Shown: positions 20,939-31,043, counted from the first letter of the stretch. The stretch: DNA of 64,000 nt from an uncultured Verrucomicrobiae bacterium (GCA_963702845.1 OY969763.1:2688001-2752000), one strand, 5' to 3'. The notes: generated from the sequence alone by a model not told the origin. Numbers and translations: made by a program.

Positions 20939-22324
20939 ATGACTCACACACTTTCATCTGCTCCGAAGACTTTTGATTGGCCGCTGGCGTTTGAGGCGGA
21001 AAATTTTGTGCGCGAACGCATCGCGCGATTTCTGACCCGCAACTCCTACGCGCAAAAGTTGTCCGAGCGCATGCGCGATGAAACGGGCACGGATTTTTTT
21101 GAATGGGTCGATCATCTGGTCGTTTCGTCCGCGGACGAAAAGCAACTGCGCGAACTCGGGTTTGCCCCTGACAAGGTCGACACTGCAAATGGCGCATTGG
21201 TTTTGCAACATCCACGCGCCACATTGCCGCGATTTATTCTGGACCCGAAAGTTCAGCAAAGCCCCGCGGTTGTCGCACTGAAGCCTGAATATATTACCGA
21301 ATTTATCAGCGCACATTCGCTCGCGTCGAAGATCGAAGGCGATCCGCTCTCGCAATATCGCCATGCGGTTGTGAGCGAAGAAAATGGCTCGCGTTTAGAC
21401 GTCATCGAACGAAACGCGTATCGCGGATTTGTTCCTGGCGTTCTGGATGGGAAGACTGCGAAGAATGTTTTGCGAGCGAAGGAACTGTGGCGTACGCGCC
21501 AGCGCAATTGCGGAACGAGCAACGCGGGTGTGACAGTGGCCAACGCTGTTCTGGAGCAATCGTTTCAATTGGTCGGTCGCGATTTGTCGTGCCAATTTTT
21601 CTTTGAAGATGAGCGGCGGTATTGGGAAATCCGAAACCGCGCCGCCCGCATTCAAAAGACCCGGCAGGATCGGCTCGGGCTTGGTTGGGGCAATCACGAT
21701 CACCATACTTTCCGTTGTTCGCGGGAACATTTCGTCGATGTCATCGACTTTTTGTTGAAACTCGGTTTCGAGAAACGCGAACGTTATTACGCCGGTGCTG
21801 AAGCCGGTTGGGGTGCGCAGATATCTGAACAGCCGATCGTTGGTATTGTTGTTTTCGCAGATGTTGATTTGATGCCGGACGAGACTGAAGTTGATTTTTC
21901 GTCGCGACGTTTGAAAGCAGCGCCGAAACTCGGCACGGTTGGTCTTTGGACGGGGTTGCACGGCGAAAGTTTCCTGCAAGCCGGCATGCATCATTTGGAA
22001 GCGCGTTTTGATTTTGACCAGTTGCGCGATCAGTTGAAGGCGGAAGGCGTCAATACGATGAAGCCTTTCTCGGATTTCGAATTCCTGCGCCAGGCGTTCA
22101 CCGAAGGCGAACGTTGGGCGGTTTGTCCTGAGCGCGCGGCTGAGTTATTGAACAAAGGTCTGATTACCCAGGACCAGCACGACAAGTTTTTGCGGGAAGG
22201 CGCGCTCGGCAGTCACCTGGAAAATCTGCAACGCCGCGGTGGTTTCAAAGGTTTCAACCAGAAGGCCGTGAGCGTCATTATTTCTGCGACTGATCCGCGG
22301 AAGAATTTGCAGCAGGCGGCTTAA
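20939..22324 (+). CDS. Hypothetical protein, possible VOC/glyoxalase-superfamily metalloenzyme
   Basis: 461-aa ORF; WVDHLV, NHDHHTFR, GMHHLEARF, HLENLQR. Confidence 0.65.
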   Translation: MTHTLSSAPKTFDWPLAFEAENFVRERIARFLTRNSYAQKLSERMRDETGTDFFEWVDHLVVSSADEKQLRELGFAPDKVDTANGALVLQHPRATLPRFILDPKVQQSPAVVALKPEYITEFISAHSLASKIEGDPLSQYRHAVVSEENGSRLDVIERNAYRGFVPGVLDGKTAKNVLRAKELWRTRQRNCGTSNAGVTVANAVLEQSFQLVGRDLSCQFFFEDERRYWEIRNRAARIQKTRQDRLGLGWGNHDHHTFRCSREHFVDVIDFLLKLGFEKRERYYAGAEAGWGAQISEQPIVGIVVFADVDLMPDETEVDFSSRRLKAAPKLGTVGLWTGLHGESFLQAGMHHLEARFDFDQLRDQLKAEGVNTMKPFSDFEFLRQAFTEGERWAVCPERAAELLNKGLITQDQHDKFLREGALGSHLENLQRRGGFKGFNQKAVSVIISATDPRKNLQQAA

Positions 22325-23727
22325 ACCGCTTTCACTTCTGTCACCAGTTCTTGCACCATGTTCTTGGCGTCGCCAAAGAGCATGCGTGTTTTGGAGTCAA
22401 AAAATAGTCCGTTCTCAATCCCAGCGAAGCCAGCGCCCCGACCGCGTTTGATCACGATGATGTTTTTCGCGTGGTCGGCGTTTAGAATGGGCATGCCGTA
22501 GATCGGGCTGGCGGCATCGGTGCGCGCAGCGGGATTGACGACGTCGTTTGCGCCAATGATCAGCACGGCGTCGGTCTGGTCAAACTCGGCGTTGATTTCG
22601 TCCATGTCGAGCAGCTTGGGATATGGAACATCGGCTTCAGCGAGCAGCACGTTCATGTGTCCAGGCATGCGACCGGCCACTGGATGGATGGCGTATTTAA
22701 CTTCGACGCCGCGTTTCTCGAGTTGGTTTTCAAGTTCGTGAACGAGGTGTTGGGCCTGAGCGACAGCGAGACCGTATCCGGGCACGATGATAACCTTGCG
22801 TGCGTAGGCCAGAAGGATTGCGCTTTCGGCGGCAGTAATCTCGCGCATGGTATGGTCGCCGGACTGGGCCGCATTCGCAGCCTTAACACCGTTACCACCG
22901 AATGAACCGAAGATGACTTTCGCGAGGGAACGGTTCATGGCCTGACACATCAAGAGCGTCAATAGCGCGCCGGCTGCGCCGACTAATGTTCCGGCGATGA
23001 TCATGGACATGTTCTGCATGGCGAAGCCGGTGAGGGCCGCGGCAACGCCGGTGCATGAGTTCAAAACGGAAATGACAACAGGCATGTCAGCGCCGCCGAT
23101 GGGCAATACTTGAAGCACGCCGAGGACGAGTGAAACTGCGGTCAGGCCGAGGATCCAATTGGTGGATTGATCGGACGAAGGCGCTTGAAATGCGCAGATC
23201 AAAATTGCAAGGAGCAGACAGGCATTGATGATTTTCTGGCCAGGCCAGCGCAGTGATTTTTCACTGACAATTCCCTGCAGTTTGCCAAAGGCGATTAAAC
23301 TGCCGGAGAAGCTGATCGCGCCGAGAATAATTCCCAAAAGCATCGGCACTGCGGCGATGAACAAATCCGCGGGCTGAGCTTTGGTCAGGTCGGCTGGGTG
23401 CTTCCACCATTCGCCAAGAGAAATGAATAGTGCGCAGGCGCCACCCATGCCGTTGAAGAGAGACACCATTTGCGGCATGGCGGTCATTTTCACGCCGCGT
23501 GCCAGCGCCCAACCGGGAACCGTTCCAATGGCGACTGCCAAAATAATCCAGCCGAAGTGCCCCATGTTCGGCAGACAAAATGTTCCGACGATCGCAAGCA
23601 CCATGCCGACGGCCGCCATCTGGTTTCCCGAACGCGCAGTGCGGGGATTGCTCAGGCGTTTAAGGCCGAGGATAAAAAGCAGCGATGCGATGAGGTATGC
23701 CGCCGGCGGCACAAACGCAGTCGTCAT
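22321..23727 (-). CDS. pntB: NAD(P) transhydrogenase beta subunit
   Basis: IGGADMPVVIS, PGYGLAVAQAQH, HPVAGRMPGHMNVLLAEA, GANDVVNPAA. Confidence 0.97.
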   Translation of the reverse strand: MTTAFVPPAAYLIASLLFILGLKRLSNPRTARSGNQMAAVGMVLAIVGTFCLPNMGHFGWIILAVAIGTVPGWALARGVKMTAMPQMVSLFNGMGGACALFISLGEWWKHPADLTKAQPADLFIAAVPMLLGIILGAISFSGSLIAFGKLQGIVSEKSLRWPGQKIINACLLLAILICAFQAPSSDQSTNWILGLTAVSLVLGVLQVLPIGGADMPVVISVLNSCTGVAAALTGFAMQNMSMIIAGTLVGAAGALLTLLMCQAMNRSLAKVIFGSFGGNGVKAANAAQSGDHTMREITAAESAILLAYARKVIIVPGYGLAVAQAQHLVHELENQLEKRGVEVKYAIHPVAGRMPGHMNVLLAEADVPYPKLLDMDEINAEFDQTDAVLIIGANDVVNPAARTDAASPIYGMPILNADHAKNIIVIKRGRGAGFAGIENGLFFDSKTRMLFGDAKNMVQELVTEVKAV

Positions 23728-24029
23728 TTCTGTTCCTTGTCTTTGCTGGTCGGTTTGGCGCGAAACATTTCGAGCATGCGATCGGTGACGACGAATCCGC
23801 CGACAACGTTGAGCGTTCCGAGAATGACCGCTACGAAACCGAGGGTGAACAAAAGTTTATTGTCTCCGGATGAGCCAAGCAGCGCGATGCCGCCGACGAG
23901 AACGATGCCGTGAATGGCATTCGCGCCGGACATAAGTGGCGTATGCAACACCGTCGGCACCCGGCTGATCACTTCGACCCCGGCGAAAATCGCGAGGATG
24001 AAAATATATGTCATCGCCAATGCACTCAT
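23724..24029 (-). CDS. pntAB: NAD(P) transhydrogenase alpha subunit part 2
   Basis: LHTPLMSGANAIHG, NVVGGFVVTDRMLEMF. Confidence 0.95.
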   Translation of the reverse strand: MSALAMTYIFILAIFAGVEVISRVPTVLHTPLMSGANAIHGIVLVGGIALLGSSGDNKLLFTLGFVAVILGTLNVVGGFVVTDRMLEMFRAKPTSKDKEQK

Positions 24030-25144
24030 GGACTGCTCCGTTTCTGGTTTACTTCGCCGTTATGGGTGATGCACGTGTCGCGGAAGATTTCGTTGTTCCA
24101 ATCGAACGTGAAACCTTTTTCGTTGGTAATTTCCAAAATGAAGGCCATGAAGTTGCGGGCGAGCATGCGGCTGGCGTCAAGCGGCACGGTCGCGGGTAAA
24201 TTCTTCAGGCCGATGATCGTGATATTATTCTTCGTTGCGACTAGACCCGGCTCGGTTAATTCACAGTTGCCGCCAGTTTCGGCGGCGAGGTCGACGATGA
24301 CAGAACCGGCTTTCATCGCGGCGACCATTTCCTTTGTCACGAGACGCGGCGCGGGTTTGCCAGGAACTTGCGCGGTGGTGATCACAATGTCAGCAGCGGC
24401 GACGTGTTCGTGTAAGAGCTTTTGTTGTTGCGCCAGAACTTCGGCAGAAACTTCTTTTGCGTAGCCGCCTTTGGTTTCGGCTTCTTTTGCGACAGGCGCT
24501 TCGACGAACGTTGCGCCGAGACTTTTCACTTGCTCCTTTGCGGCTGGCCGGACGTCGTAGGCTTCAACAATCGCGCCGATGCGGCGCGCTGTTGCAATCG
24601 CCTGCAAACCGGCGACGCCCGCTCCTAAAATCAGAACTTTCGACGGGCGAATCGTGCCCGCCGCGGTCGTCAGCATCGGAATCAATTTCGGCAAGTGCGA
24701 GGCCGCGAGCAGCACGGCTTTATAACCGGCAACGGTCGCCATACTGGAGAGTGCATCCATGCTTTGTGCACGCGTGATGCGCGGTATTGCGTCCATGCTA
24801 AAGCTGGTGATGCGGCGTTTCGCGAGCGCCTGGACCAATGCGGGATTTCGCGCCGGTGCGAGAAAACCGATTAACGCTTTGCCTTCTGGCAGTGATGAAA
24901 CTTCGGATTCGGCGAAAGGTTGGATGCGCAGCAAACAATCGGAGTCGGCGAGTAATCGTGTCGCGTCTGAAACGATGGTTGCGCCGGCGGCGGTGAAATC
25001 GGCATCGGAAATGGATGCAGTTAACCCTGCGCCCGTTTGGACCGCGACTGTATGCCCTTTTTTAATAAGGACTTTGACGGTGTCCGGGACCATCGAGACA
25101 CGGGTCTCGTTATGATGGGCTTCAATTGGAACTCCAAAACGCAT
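24026..25144 (-). CDS. pntAA: NAD(P) transhydrogenase alpha subunit part 1
   Basis: PRITRAQSMDALSS, GAGVAGLQA, DLAAETGGNC. Confidence 0.95.
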   Translation of the reverse strand: MRFGVPIEAHHNETRVSMVPDTVKVLIKKGHTVAVQTGAGLTASISDADFTAAGATIVSDATRLLADSDCLLRIQPFAESEVSSLPEGKALIGFLAPARNPALVQALAKRRITSFSMDAIPRITRAQSMDALSSMATVAGYKAVLLAASHLPKLIPMLTTAAGTIRPSKVLILGAGVAGLQAIATARRIGAIVEAYDVRPAAKEQVKSLGATFVEAPVAKEAETKGGYAKEVSAEVLAQQQKLLHEHVAAADIVITTAQVPGKPAPRLVTKEMVAAMKAGSVIVDLAAETGGNCELTEPGLVATKNNITIIGLKNLPATVPLDASRMLARNFMAFILEITNEKGFTFDWNNEIFRDTCITHNGEVNQKRSSP

Positions 25145-25266
25145 CGACGCAAAATACTATTGCGCAGAGTCATAACGTATCAAACCGTTTTAGTATACAG
25201 GGATTGCCCTTATATAATCGGTTCTTGCGCATTGACGGAAATCAAGCTGGCGACGGGCCATTGCGT

Positions 25267-27180
25267 TTACTTCAAAAAGCGTTTGTCCCCCTCACGGCGA
25301 GTAATGCCGTCGCGATCGAGTTTTTCGAGCAGCGGCACGACGACCCTGCGGCTCGCGCCGAGGGCCTGGCGGATTTCGCTGACGGTGGCAGGTTGTTTTG
25401 CAAGCACCTTGCGAATGGTGTCGAGTGCCTGGGCGAATGCGCGATTGGAGAGTGCGATTTGAGGATCGAGTTCGACGGCCTCGCCGGAGTTGATGAGAAA
25501 ACGTAGCGCTTGTTGCGATAAGGCGTCCGGCGCGAGTTCTTTGCGGGATGGTGGATCGAGCGGCTTGGCGGCAAGAGCGGCGCGGAGCCTGACGCCGGCG
25601 GGTTGCAAGTGCGGTGGAAGAGACAGTTGGTGAGTCGCGCGTTTGATTCGATCGCCAGCTTGGACAAAACCGCTGCGCGTCAAATCAGCCATGAGGTGCT
25701 CGAAAATGTCGGGCGGGATTTCGAACGTGGTGTCTAGCTGAGAACGCAATTCAGTCAACGGATAGCCGAGGGCGTCTGGTTGTTTCTTATGCGCTGCGTC
25801 GATGAGGTCAATGGCGGCGTTGCGAAGGTTCGACCAAGTGTCAAAGGTGGCTACCCAATCGCCGAGCCGCACGACTTTTTTCGCGGAAGCAAGTTGCGAA
25901 ACGCCGGCAGCGATTTCGGTGGCGCTGAATTGCGATTGGACCAGCACTTCGTTCGCGGAAAGGAAATAATCCCGATCAGCGACAGCTATTATGATTCCTT
26001 CGAGCGCGGGATTCGAGGCGACTGCTTGCGTAAATCGGCGATTGTTGTCGGAACGAAAAGTTCTGCTGTCGCCGTGCGCGTCCAAAATGACTCCGCCCGC
26101 CAGCGTGGTTTGTTGGGCCCAGTCCCGAATGATGAAGTGATCGCCGTTAAACGCAAACGCGGGTGATTCCAACCGGAGTTGAGCAAAGCTGTTTTCACCT
26201 GGCCCCAACTGTTTCGCATCGAGAAGCACAACGGTTGCCGGAAAATCGCCCGTCCCATGATGAACGCGAACACGCGCGCCATTCTTTAGTGGCCGAGCAA
26301 GAACGGACATCTTCTCAGTGTTGCCACGTCCGAGTTTTTGGATGGCAACATTTAAAACGGACGTCGGTTTACCAAGTTCCGCAAGCGTCACAACATCACC
26401 GCGCCGAACAGTTTCGTTTGCGTGCAGGTCGGGAAGATTGAGCGCAGTCCGGGAACCGGGCTGCGCTGTTTCGATTTCGGCGTTGTGAGTTTGAACACTG
26501 CGAACGCGAGCAGTTGCGCCGCCGGGCTGAATGGCGACGGATTGTCCCCGCGAAATTCTGCCACCCATCAATGTGCCTGTAACGACCGTTCCCACGCCGT
26601 GCAAGGTAAACACGCGGTCGACGGGCAATCGTGGTCTGCCGATGTCGCGCGCAGACTTGGCAGCTCTGAGCGATTGCACAAACGCCTGCTTCAATGCATC
26701 AATGCCGGTGCCGTTTATGACTGAGGTGGGGACTATTGGTGCATTTGCAAACGGAGTTCCGGACAGGCGAGCGCGGATTTGTTCCTGGGCATTGGGGATG
26801 TTTGGCGAGAGATCGGATTTCGTGAGGGCAACAACGGCTCGCTCGATACCGAGATAGGTCAGAATGTGGAGGTGTTCTTCGGTTTGCGGCATCCAACCGT
26901 CGTCGCCAGCGACAACGAATAGCGCCACGTCGATAGCGCCCACACCGGCAACCATGTTTTTGACGAAATCTTCGTGGCCGGGAACATCAACGATGCCGAT
27001 GTTGTAAACGGTGTCCTTATCGGTGAGGCGAAGATTGGCGAAACCTAAATCAATTGTAATGCCGCGTGCTTTTTCTTCAGGCAAACGGTCGGGGTCGGTG
27101 CCAGTGAGCGCTATTACGAGCGCACTTTTTCCGTGGTCGACGTGTCCAGCGGTTGCGATGATGAAATGTTTTTCAGTCAT
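25267..27180 (-). CDS. selB: Selenocysteine-specific elongation factor
   Basis: [32 protein letters not shown]-terminal winged helix [13 protein letters not shown]. Confidence 0.96.
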   Translation of the reverse strand: MTEKHFIIATAGHVDHGKSALVIALTGTDPDRLPEEKARGITIDLGFANLRLTDKDTVYNIGIVDVPGHEDFVKNMVAGVGAIDVALFVVAGDDGWMPQTEEHLHILTYLGIERAVVALTKSDLSPNIPNAQEQIRARLSGTPFANAPIVPTSVINGTGIDALKQAFVQSLRAAKSARDIGRPRLPVDRVFTLHGVGTVVTGTLMGGRISRGQSVAIQPGGATARVRSVQTHNAEIETAQPGSRTALNLPDLHANETVRRGDVVTLAELGKPTSVLNVAIQKLGRGNTEKMSVLARPLKNGARVRVHHGTGDFPATVVLLDAKQLGPGENSFAQLRLESPAFAFNGDHFIIRDWAQQTTLAGGVILDAHGDSRTFRSDNNRRFTQAVASNPALEGIIIAVADRDYFLSANEVLVQSQFSATEIAAGVSQLASAKKVVRLGDWVATFDTWSNLRNAAIDLIDAAHKKQPDALGYPLTELRSQLDTTFEIPPDIFEHLMADLTRSGFVQAGDRIKRATHQLSLPPHLQPAGVRLRAALAAKPLDPPSRKELAPDALSQQALRFLINSGEAVELDPQIALSNRAFAQALDTIRKVLAKQPATVSEIRQALGASRRVVVPLLEKLDRDGITRREGDKRFLK

Positions 27181-28121
27181 TGCAGGCGGTGAAACGTGAA
27201 CTTCGTTTCTACTTTGACCGGTTTGCCGTCCACTTCGACCAACGGGTAAACCAAAAAATTAATAGGACCGGATGCCGGCGTAGGATCCACGACCAAATCG
27301 CGCCCGACGCTCAGTTCAAATCGGTTCGCCGGTTGCTGACCGAAATAATAATCGGCAAGTTCTCGATGCCTTGATGCTTCGCTGATGTCGACGGGAAACC
27401 ACTTGCCGTTAGCGAGGAACTCGGCCCAGCAATGATAGCCTTCAATCACTCCATTCGTTTCTCCAGCGGGAATGGAAACACCAATCGCAAAGCGCGCCGG
27501 AAGACCAATCGAACGCGCGAGTGCAATGAAGTAGCTGTGGAAATCGGTGCAGTTGCCCGTGCGCATATCACAGGCGTAAACCGCGTCGCCCCTGCCCCAG
27601 CCGGTTCCGGACTTGTCGTATTTCATGCGCTGGAGCACATGATCGTAAAGCGCTCGACCACGCGCGAGGTCGCCGTCTATGCCGTGCGTCGCACCTTGCG
27701 CGATTTCTCTAAACCTCGCAGTGATAGGAACCAGTCGATCGGGTTTCAGAAAACGGCTCAGGTCCTTCTCGACGGATTTGTAAGCAGACTTTTCATTACG
27801 CTGCACGAGGTAGCTCACGCGCAGTTTCCGACTCGCATCGCAATTCGTGCAGGAAATGAATTCAAGTTTGTTGCCGTTTCCGGAGTCCTCGACGACTTGG
27901 GCAAAATCCGGCAACGACAGGCTTTCGATTTTCACCTGCTGAAACGCATCGGATTTGGCGACAGGTAGCCACACCTTTGTTAAGCCACGTTCCTTTGGAA
28001 GCGTGACTTCGTAACCGAACTGAAAACGGTCGGTGCGATGAACGATTTGTTGCTGTTCGACCGTTCCAGCGCGCAGAACACAACAGCTCAGCAAAAGAAT
28101 TGCGACAAATGCCTTCCTCAT
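27177..28121 (-). CDS. Exported transglutaminase-like (papain-fold) protein
   Basis: Signal peptide [37 protein letters not shown] triad; ATGA overlaps with the selA stop and the selB start. Confidence 0.9.
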   Translation of the reverse strand: MRKAFVAILLLSCCVLRAGTVEQQQIVHRTDRFQFGYEVTLPKERGLTKVWLPVAKSDAFQQVKIESLSLPDFAQVVEDSGNGNKLEFISCTNCDASRKLRVSYLVQRNEKSAYKSVEKDLSRFLKPDRLVPITARFREIAQGATHGIDGDLARGRALYDHVLQRMKYDKSGTGWGRGDAVYACDMRTGNCTDFHSYFIALARSIGLPARFAIGVSIPAGETNGVIEGYHCWAEFLANGKWFPVDISEASRHRELADYYFGQQPANRFELSVGRDLVVDPTPASGPINFLVYPLVEVDGKPVKVETKFTFHRLQ

Positions 28122-29485
28122 ACCGTACACGCGTTGCGGATCGCTTCGACAACTTGCGCGTCCTGTGTTGGAAAGATCGTCCGCAAATCCAGTTTGAGAC
28201 GTCCGTGAGAAACATAGCCGATGACGGGCATGCCTGCTTTCGGTAAACGCAACCCGGTCGCAAGCTCGGTGAGGGAGAACTGCTGGGAAACGATGTCGAG
28301 AGTGATGGAAGGAACGGCGGATCGTGGCAATGTGCCTCCACCGATTTGGGAATGGCCTTTGCCGATCGCAATTTTCAGCGGCAGCCCATTCAACTGCTCG
28401 ATCAGCTTTTGAGCGCGGGCGAGAAGGTCCGCTTCACTCGTCTGCAGCATGGAATAATTCGGGATACTGCTATCGTTGCCTGACAAATAGAGGTCAACCG
28501 TTGCTTCAAGTGCGGACAGAATTAGTTTGTCACATCGCAATGCGCGGAAGAGTGGGTTTCTTTTCAGGGCAGCAATTAACTTCGCGTTGCCCGCGATAAT
28601 ACCTGCTTGTGGACCGCCGAGGAGTTTATCGCCACTGAAACAAACTAAATCGACGCCTTGCTTGAGGACTTCCGCCGGAGTTGGTTCGTGTTCGCAACCC
28701 GGGTATTTGTCGGTCTGAACTACGGCGCCGCTGCCGAGGTCTTCGACGAAAGGAATTTTCTTTTTGCGCGCGACAGCGGCGATCGCTGCGGTTTCGGGAG
28801 ATTCGGTGAAACCGGACATGAAGAAGTTGCTCCGATGAACTTTGAGGATCATCGCCGTTTCACGTCCAAGTGCTTTTGCGTAATCGCTTATCGAAGTTTT
28901 GTTCGTGGTTCCGACTTCGCGCAACACCGCGCCGCTCGACTCGAGAATTTCCGGGATGCGAAAGCCACCGCCGATTTGGACAAGTTCTCCTCGATTAATG
29001 ACAACCTGTTTGCGATTCGGGTCGCGGTTGACAAAGTGATGGAGGATGAGAACGAGCGCAGCCGCGCAATTGTTGACGACGGTCGCCGCTTCGGCACTGC
29101 ATAACACCGCAAGATTGTGATCGAGATACGATGCGCGTGAGCCGCGTTCACCGGTCGTGATCTCGTATTCGAGGGTATTGTATTGCGAGGCTACTGCTTG
29201 CAAGGCTTCTTGCGCGGCAGCGGGCAAGACGGATCGGCCTAAATTGGTATGAACAATGACGCCGGTTCCGTTTATCACCGGTTGAATTCGGGAACGCTGT
29301 AGCAGCGAAACGGCGTTGTGGATGCGCGCGATGACGACATCGTGAGCGGGAATCGATTTCTCTTTTCGTAATGTGGCCAATTCGCGGCGGACCAATGCAA
29401 CCAAGGCCGGACGCGGCAATTTCGTTGTTCCAAGTTCTTGCAGAACTTTTTCGACAGCAGGAATTGCTCGGAGCTGCTTTTTCAT
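28118..29485 (-). CDS. selA: L-seryl-tRNA(Sec) selenium transferase
   Basis: VINGTGVIVHTNLGR, RGELVQIGGGFRIP, EVGTTN, FSGDKLLGGPQAG. Confidence 0.97.
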   Translation of the reverse strand: MKKQLRAIPAVEKVLQELGTTKLPRPALVALVRRELATLRKEKSIPAHDVVIARIHNAVSLLQRSRIQPVINGTGVIVHTNLGRSVLPAAAQEALQAVASQYNTLEYEITTGERGSRASYLDHNLAVLCSAEAATVVNNCAAALVLILHHFVNRDPNRKQVVINRGELVQIGGGFRIPEILESSGAVLREVGTTNKTSISDYAKALGRETAMILKVHRSNFFMSGFTESPETAAIAAVARKKKIPFVEDLGSGAVVQTDKYPGCEHEPTPAEVLKQGVDLVCFSGDKLLGGPQAGIIAGNAKLIAALKRNPLFRALRCDKLILSALEATVDLYLSGNDSSIPNYSMLQTSEADLLARAQKLIEQLNGLPLKIAIGKGHSQIGGGTLPRSAVPSITLDIVSQQFSLTELATGLRLPKAGMPVIGYVSHGRLKLDLRTIFPTQDAQVVEAIRNACTV

Positions 29486-30534
29486 GGATGCACCCAAATT
29501 TCCGGTTTCTTCGATTCGATGATTTCACCGATGATTGCCGCACACAGCGTTTTCTCCCGTTTCAGGATTTTCTCGACCGATTTCAAATTGCGAGGCGCGA
29601 CGCACAGCAAGAGCCCGCCGCTGGTTTGCGCATCGCTCAATAGAGCCTTGTGCGCCGACGTGATGTTGTTCCATCCAGTAAACTCGTTCGCGTACTCCAG
29701 GTTTCGCAGGCTGCCGCCGGGAATGCAATCAGCCGCAATCAATTCGAATACCTGTGGATCAATGGCCGGCACGCGATTGGCATAGAGCGTCGCGCCGACT
29801 TTACTCGCGCGACACATTGAGCCGAGATGACCGAGTAAACCGAAGCCGGTGACATCAACAGCCGCGCGCACGAGTCCTTTTTCTCCAAGCACCGCACCGG
29901 CAGAATTCAAACGTGTCATCACCGCAATGGCTTTTTTTTCCAACGCACGCGACGTCAATTTGCGTTTTATGCCGGTCGTCACAATTCCTGTGCCCAACGG
30001 CTTTGTTAATATGAGCAGATCGCCTGGGCGTGCTGCGGCATTCGTCACGATACGCTTAGTGGATACGATTCCAGTGACGGAGAGACCGTAGATCGGTTCG
30101 GGATTTTGGATCGTATGTCCGCCCACAATTGCGCACTTCGCTTCACGGGCTTTTTCGGCACCGCCGCGAAGGATTTCAGAAATGATCGTCGGGCTGAGCT
30201 TATCAGTCGGAACACCTAATATATTCAGCGCGGTCAAAGGTCGTCCGCCCATGGCGTAAACATCAGACAAAGAATTAGTCGCGGCGATTTGGCCGTAGAC
30301 AAAAGGATCGTCCACGATGGGCGTGAAAAAGTCCACCGTTTGCACCAGCGCGCGCTGGCGATCGATGCGATAGATCGCCGCATCGTCGGCGGTGTTCGTG
30401 CCGACGATTAAATTGCGATCCTTGATAACCGGGAGCTGACGCAAAACTTGCGCCAGGGCCTGTTGGCTCAGCTTGGAAGCTCAGCCAGCGCAGGAGGAAA
30501 GCGACGTCAGTTTAAGAATCTGCTCGCGCGACAT
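29482..30534 (-). CDS. selD: Selenide, water dikinase containing selenocysteine (U18, UGA at 30481-30483)
   Basis: MSREQILKLTSLSSCAG-UGA-ASKL is in frame with the track ORF; DDAA, TVDFF, GGHT, DVTGFGLLGH, DAQTSGGLL. Confidence 0.95.
30436..30456 (-). promoter_or_regulatory. Candidate bacterial SECIS hairpin of selD
   Basis: CUGGCGCAA-GUU-UUGCGUCAG, 24 nt after the UGA. Confidence 0.7.
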
Positions 30535-30553
30535 GCGGCCCACCCCCTTTCAA

Positions 30554-30585
30554 ATTGCGGATTGCGAATTGCGGATTGCGAATTG
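30554..30585. repeat. Heptamer tandem repeat (ATTGCG[G/A]) x4
   Basis: attgcgg attgcga attgcgg attgcga attg, between tRNA-Sec and selD. Confidence 0.8.
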
Positions 30586-30602
30586 AAGAACGCAATTCAA
30601 GC

Positions 30603-30699
30603 TGGCGGAGAGGGTAGGAATCGAACCAACCCCTCGACATAAAATGCCGAGACAACGGTTTTGAAGACCGCGAGGGCCACCAGGCACCCTTCACTCTCC
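30603..30699 (-). tRNA. selC: tRNA-Sec (anticodon UCA)
   Basis: 97 nt; anticodon arm GCGGT-CTTCAAA-ACCGT; long D stem with TGGT loop; long variable arm; GGTTCGATTCC; G73 and encoded CCA. Confidence 0.95.
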
Positions 30700-30715
30700 G
30701 GGATAAATTTTCGTT

Positions 30716-30788
30716 GGTAGGGCGTGTCACTCCGCGACCGCCGCTTAGTAATAGCTTTTGCGACGCGCGCGGAGCGACGCGCCCTACC
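30716..30788. repeat. GTAG-family REP inverted pair
   Basis: GGTAGGGCGTGTCACTCCGCG ... CGCGGAGCGACGCGCCCTACC (19/21 complementary). Confidence 0.8.
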
Positions 30789-30794
30789 TGGAAG

Positions 30795-31031
30795 TCAGAG
30801 CATCTTGCGAATCTGCTCGACGATAGCGTCCGGGTCGGCGTGTTGGCCGGTGGCTTTCTTGGAATAGATTTTGGTTCCATTGACGCTAACCTCGAACACA
30901 CCGCCGCCCATTGGCACAAGCGTGAGCTGGCTGATGTCCTGTTTGAACTGCAACAGCTTCTCCGTCAAACTGACGGCACGCGGTGCGTAGTTTCAAACGC
31001 TGCAATATTCGATTTTGATTTCCAGGCTCAT
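30795..31031 (-). CDS. Rdx (SelT/SelW/SelH) family selenoprotein, CxxU, 78 aa; absent from the ORF track
   Basis: MSLEIKIEYCSV-U-NYAPRAVSL...GGGVFEVSVNG..IYSKKATG; UGA at 30993-30995. Confidence 0.93.
30962..30976 (-). promoter_or_regulatory. Candidate bacterial SECIS hairpin of the Rdx gene
   Basis: CCGUCA-GUU-UGACGG, 16 nt after the UGA. Confidence 0.7.
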
Positions 31032-31043
31032 CTAACGCCAAGG

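Noticed and set aside
27177..29485. TGA stops of selD, selA and the transglutaminase as Sec codons
   Set aside because: Each is part of an ATGA overlap with the next start and follows a complete domain
30716..30797. Hairpin after the terminal TGA of Rdx as a second SECIS or read-through signal
   Set aside because: The Rdx domain is complete at this point; the hairpin is a long GTAG REP without the AGUUU apex, and read-through gives no recognisable protein
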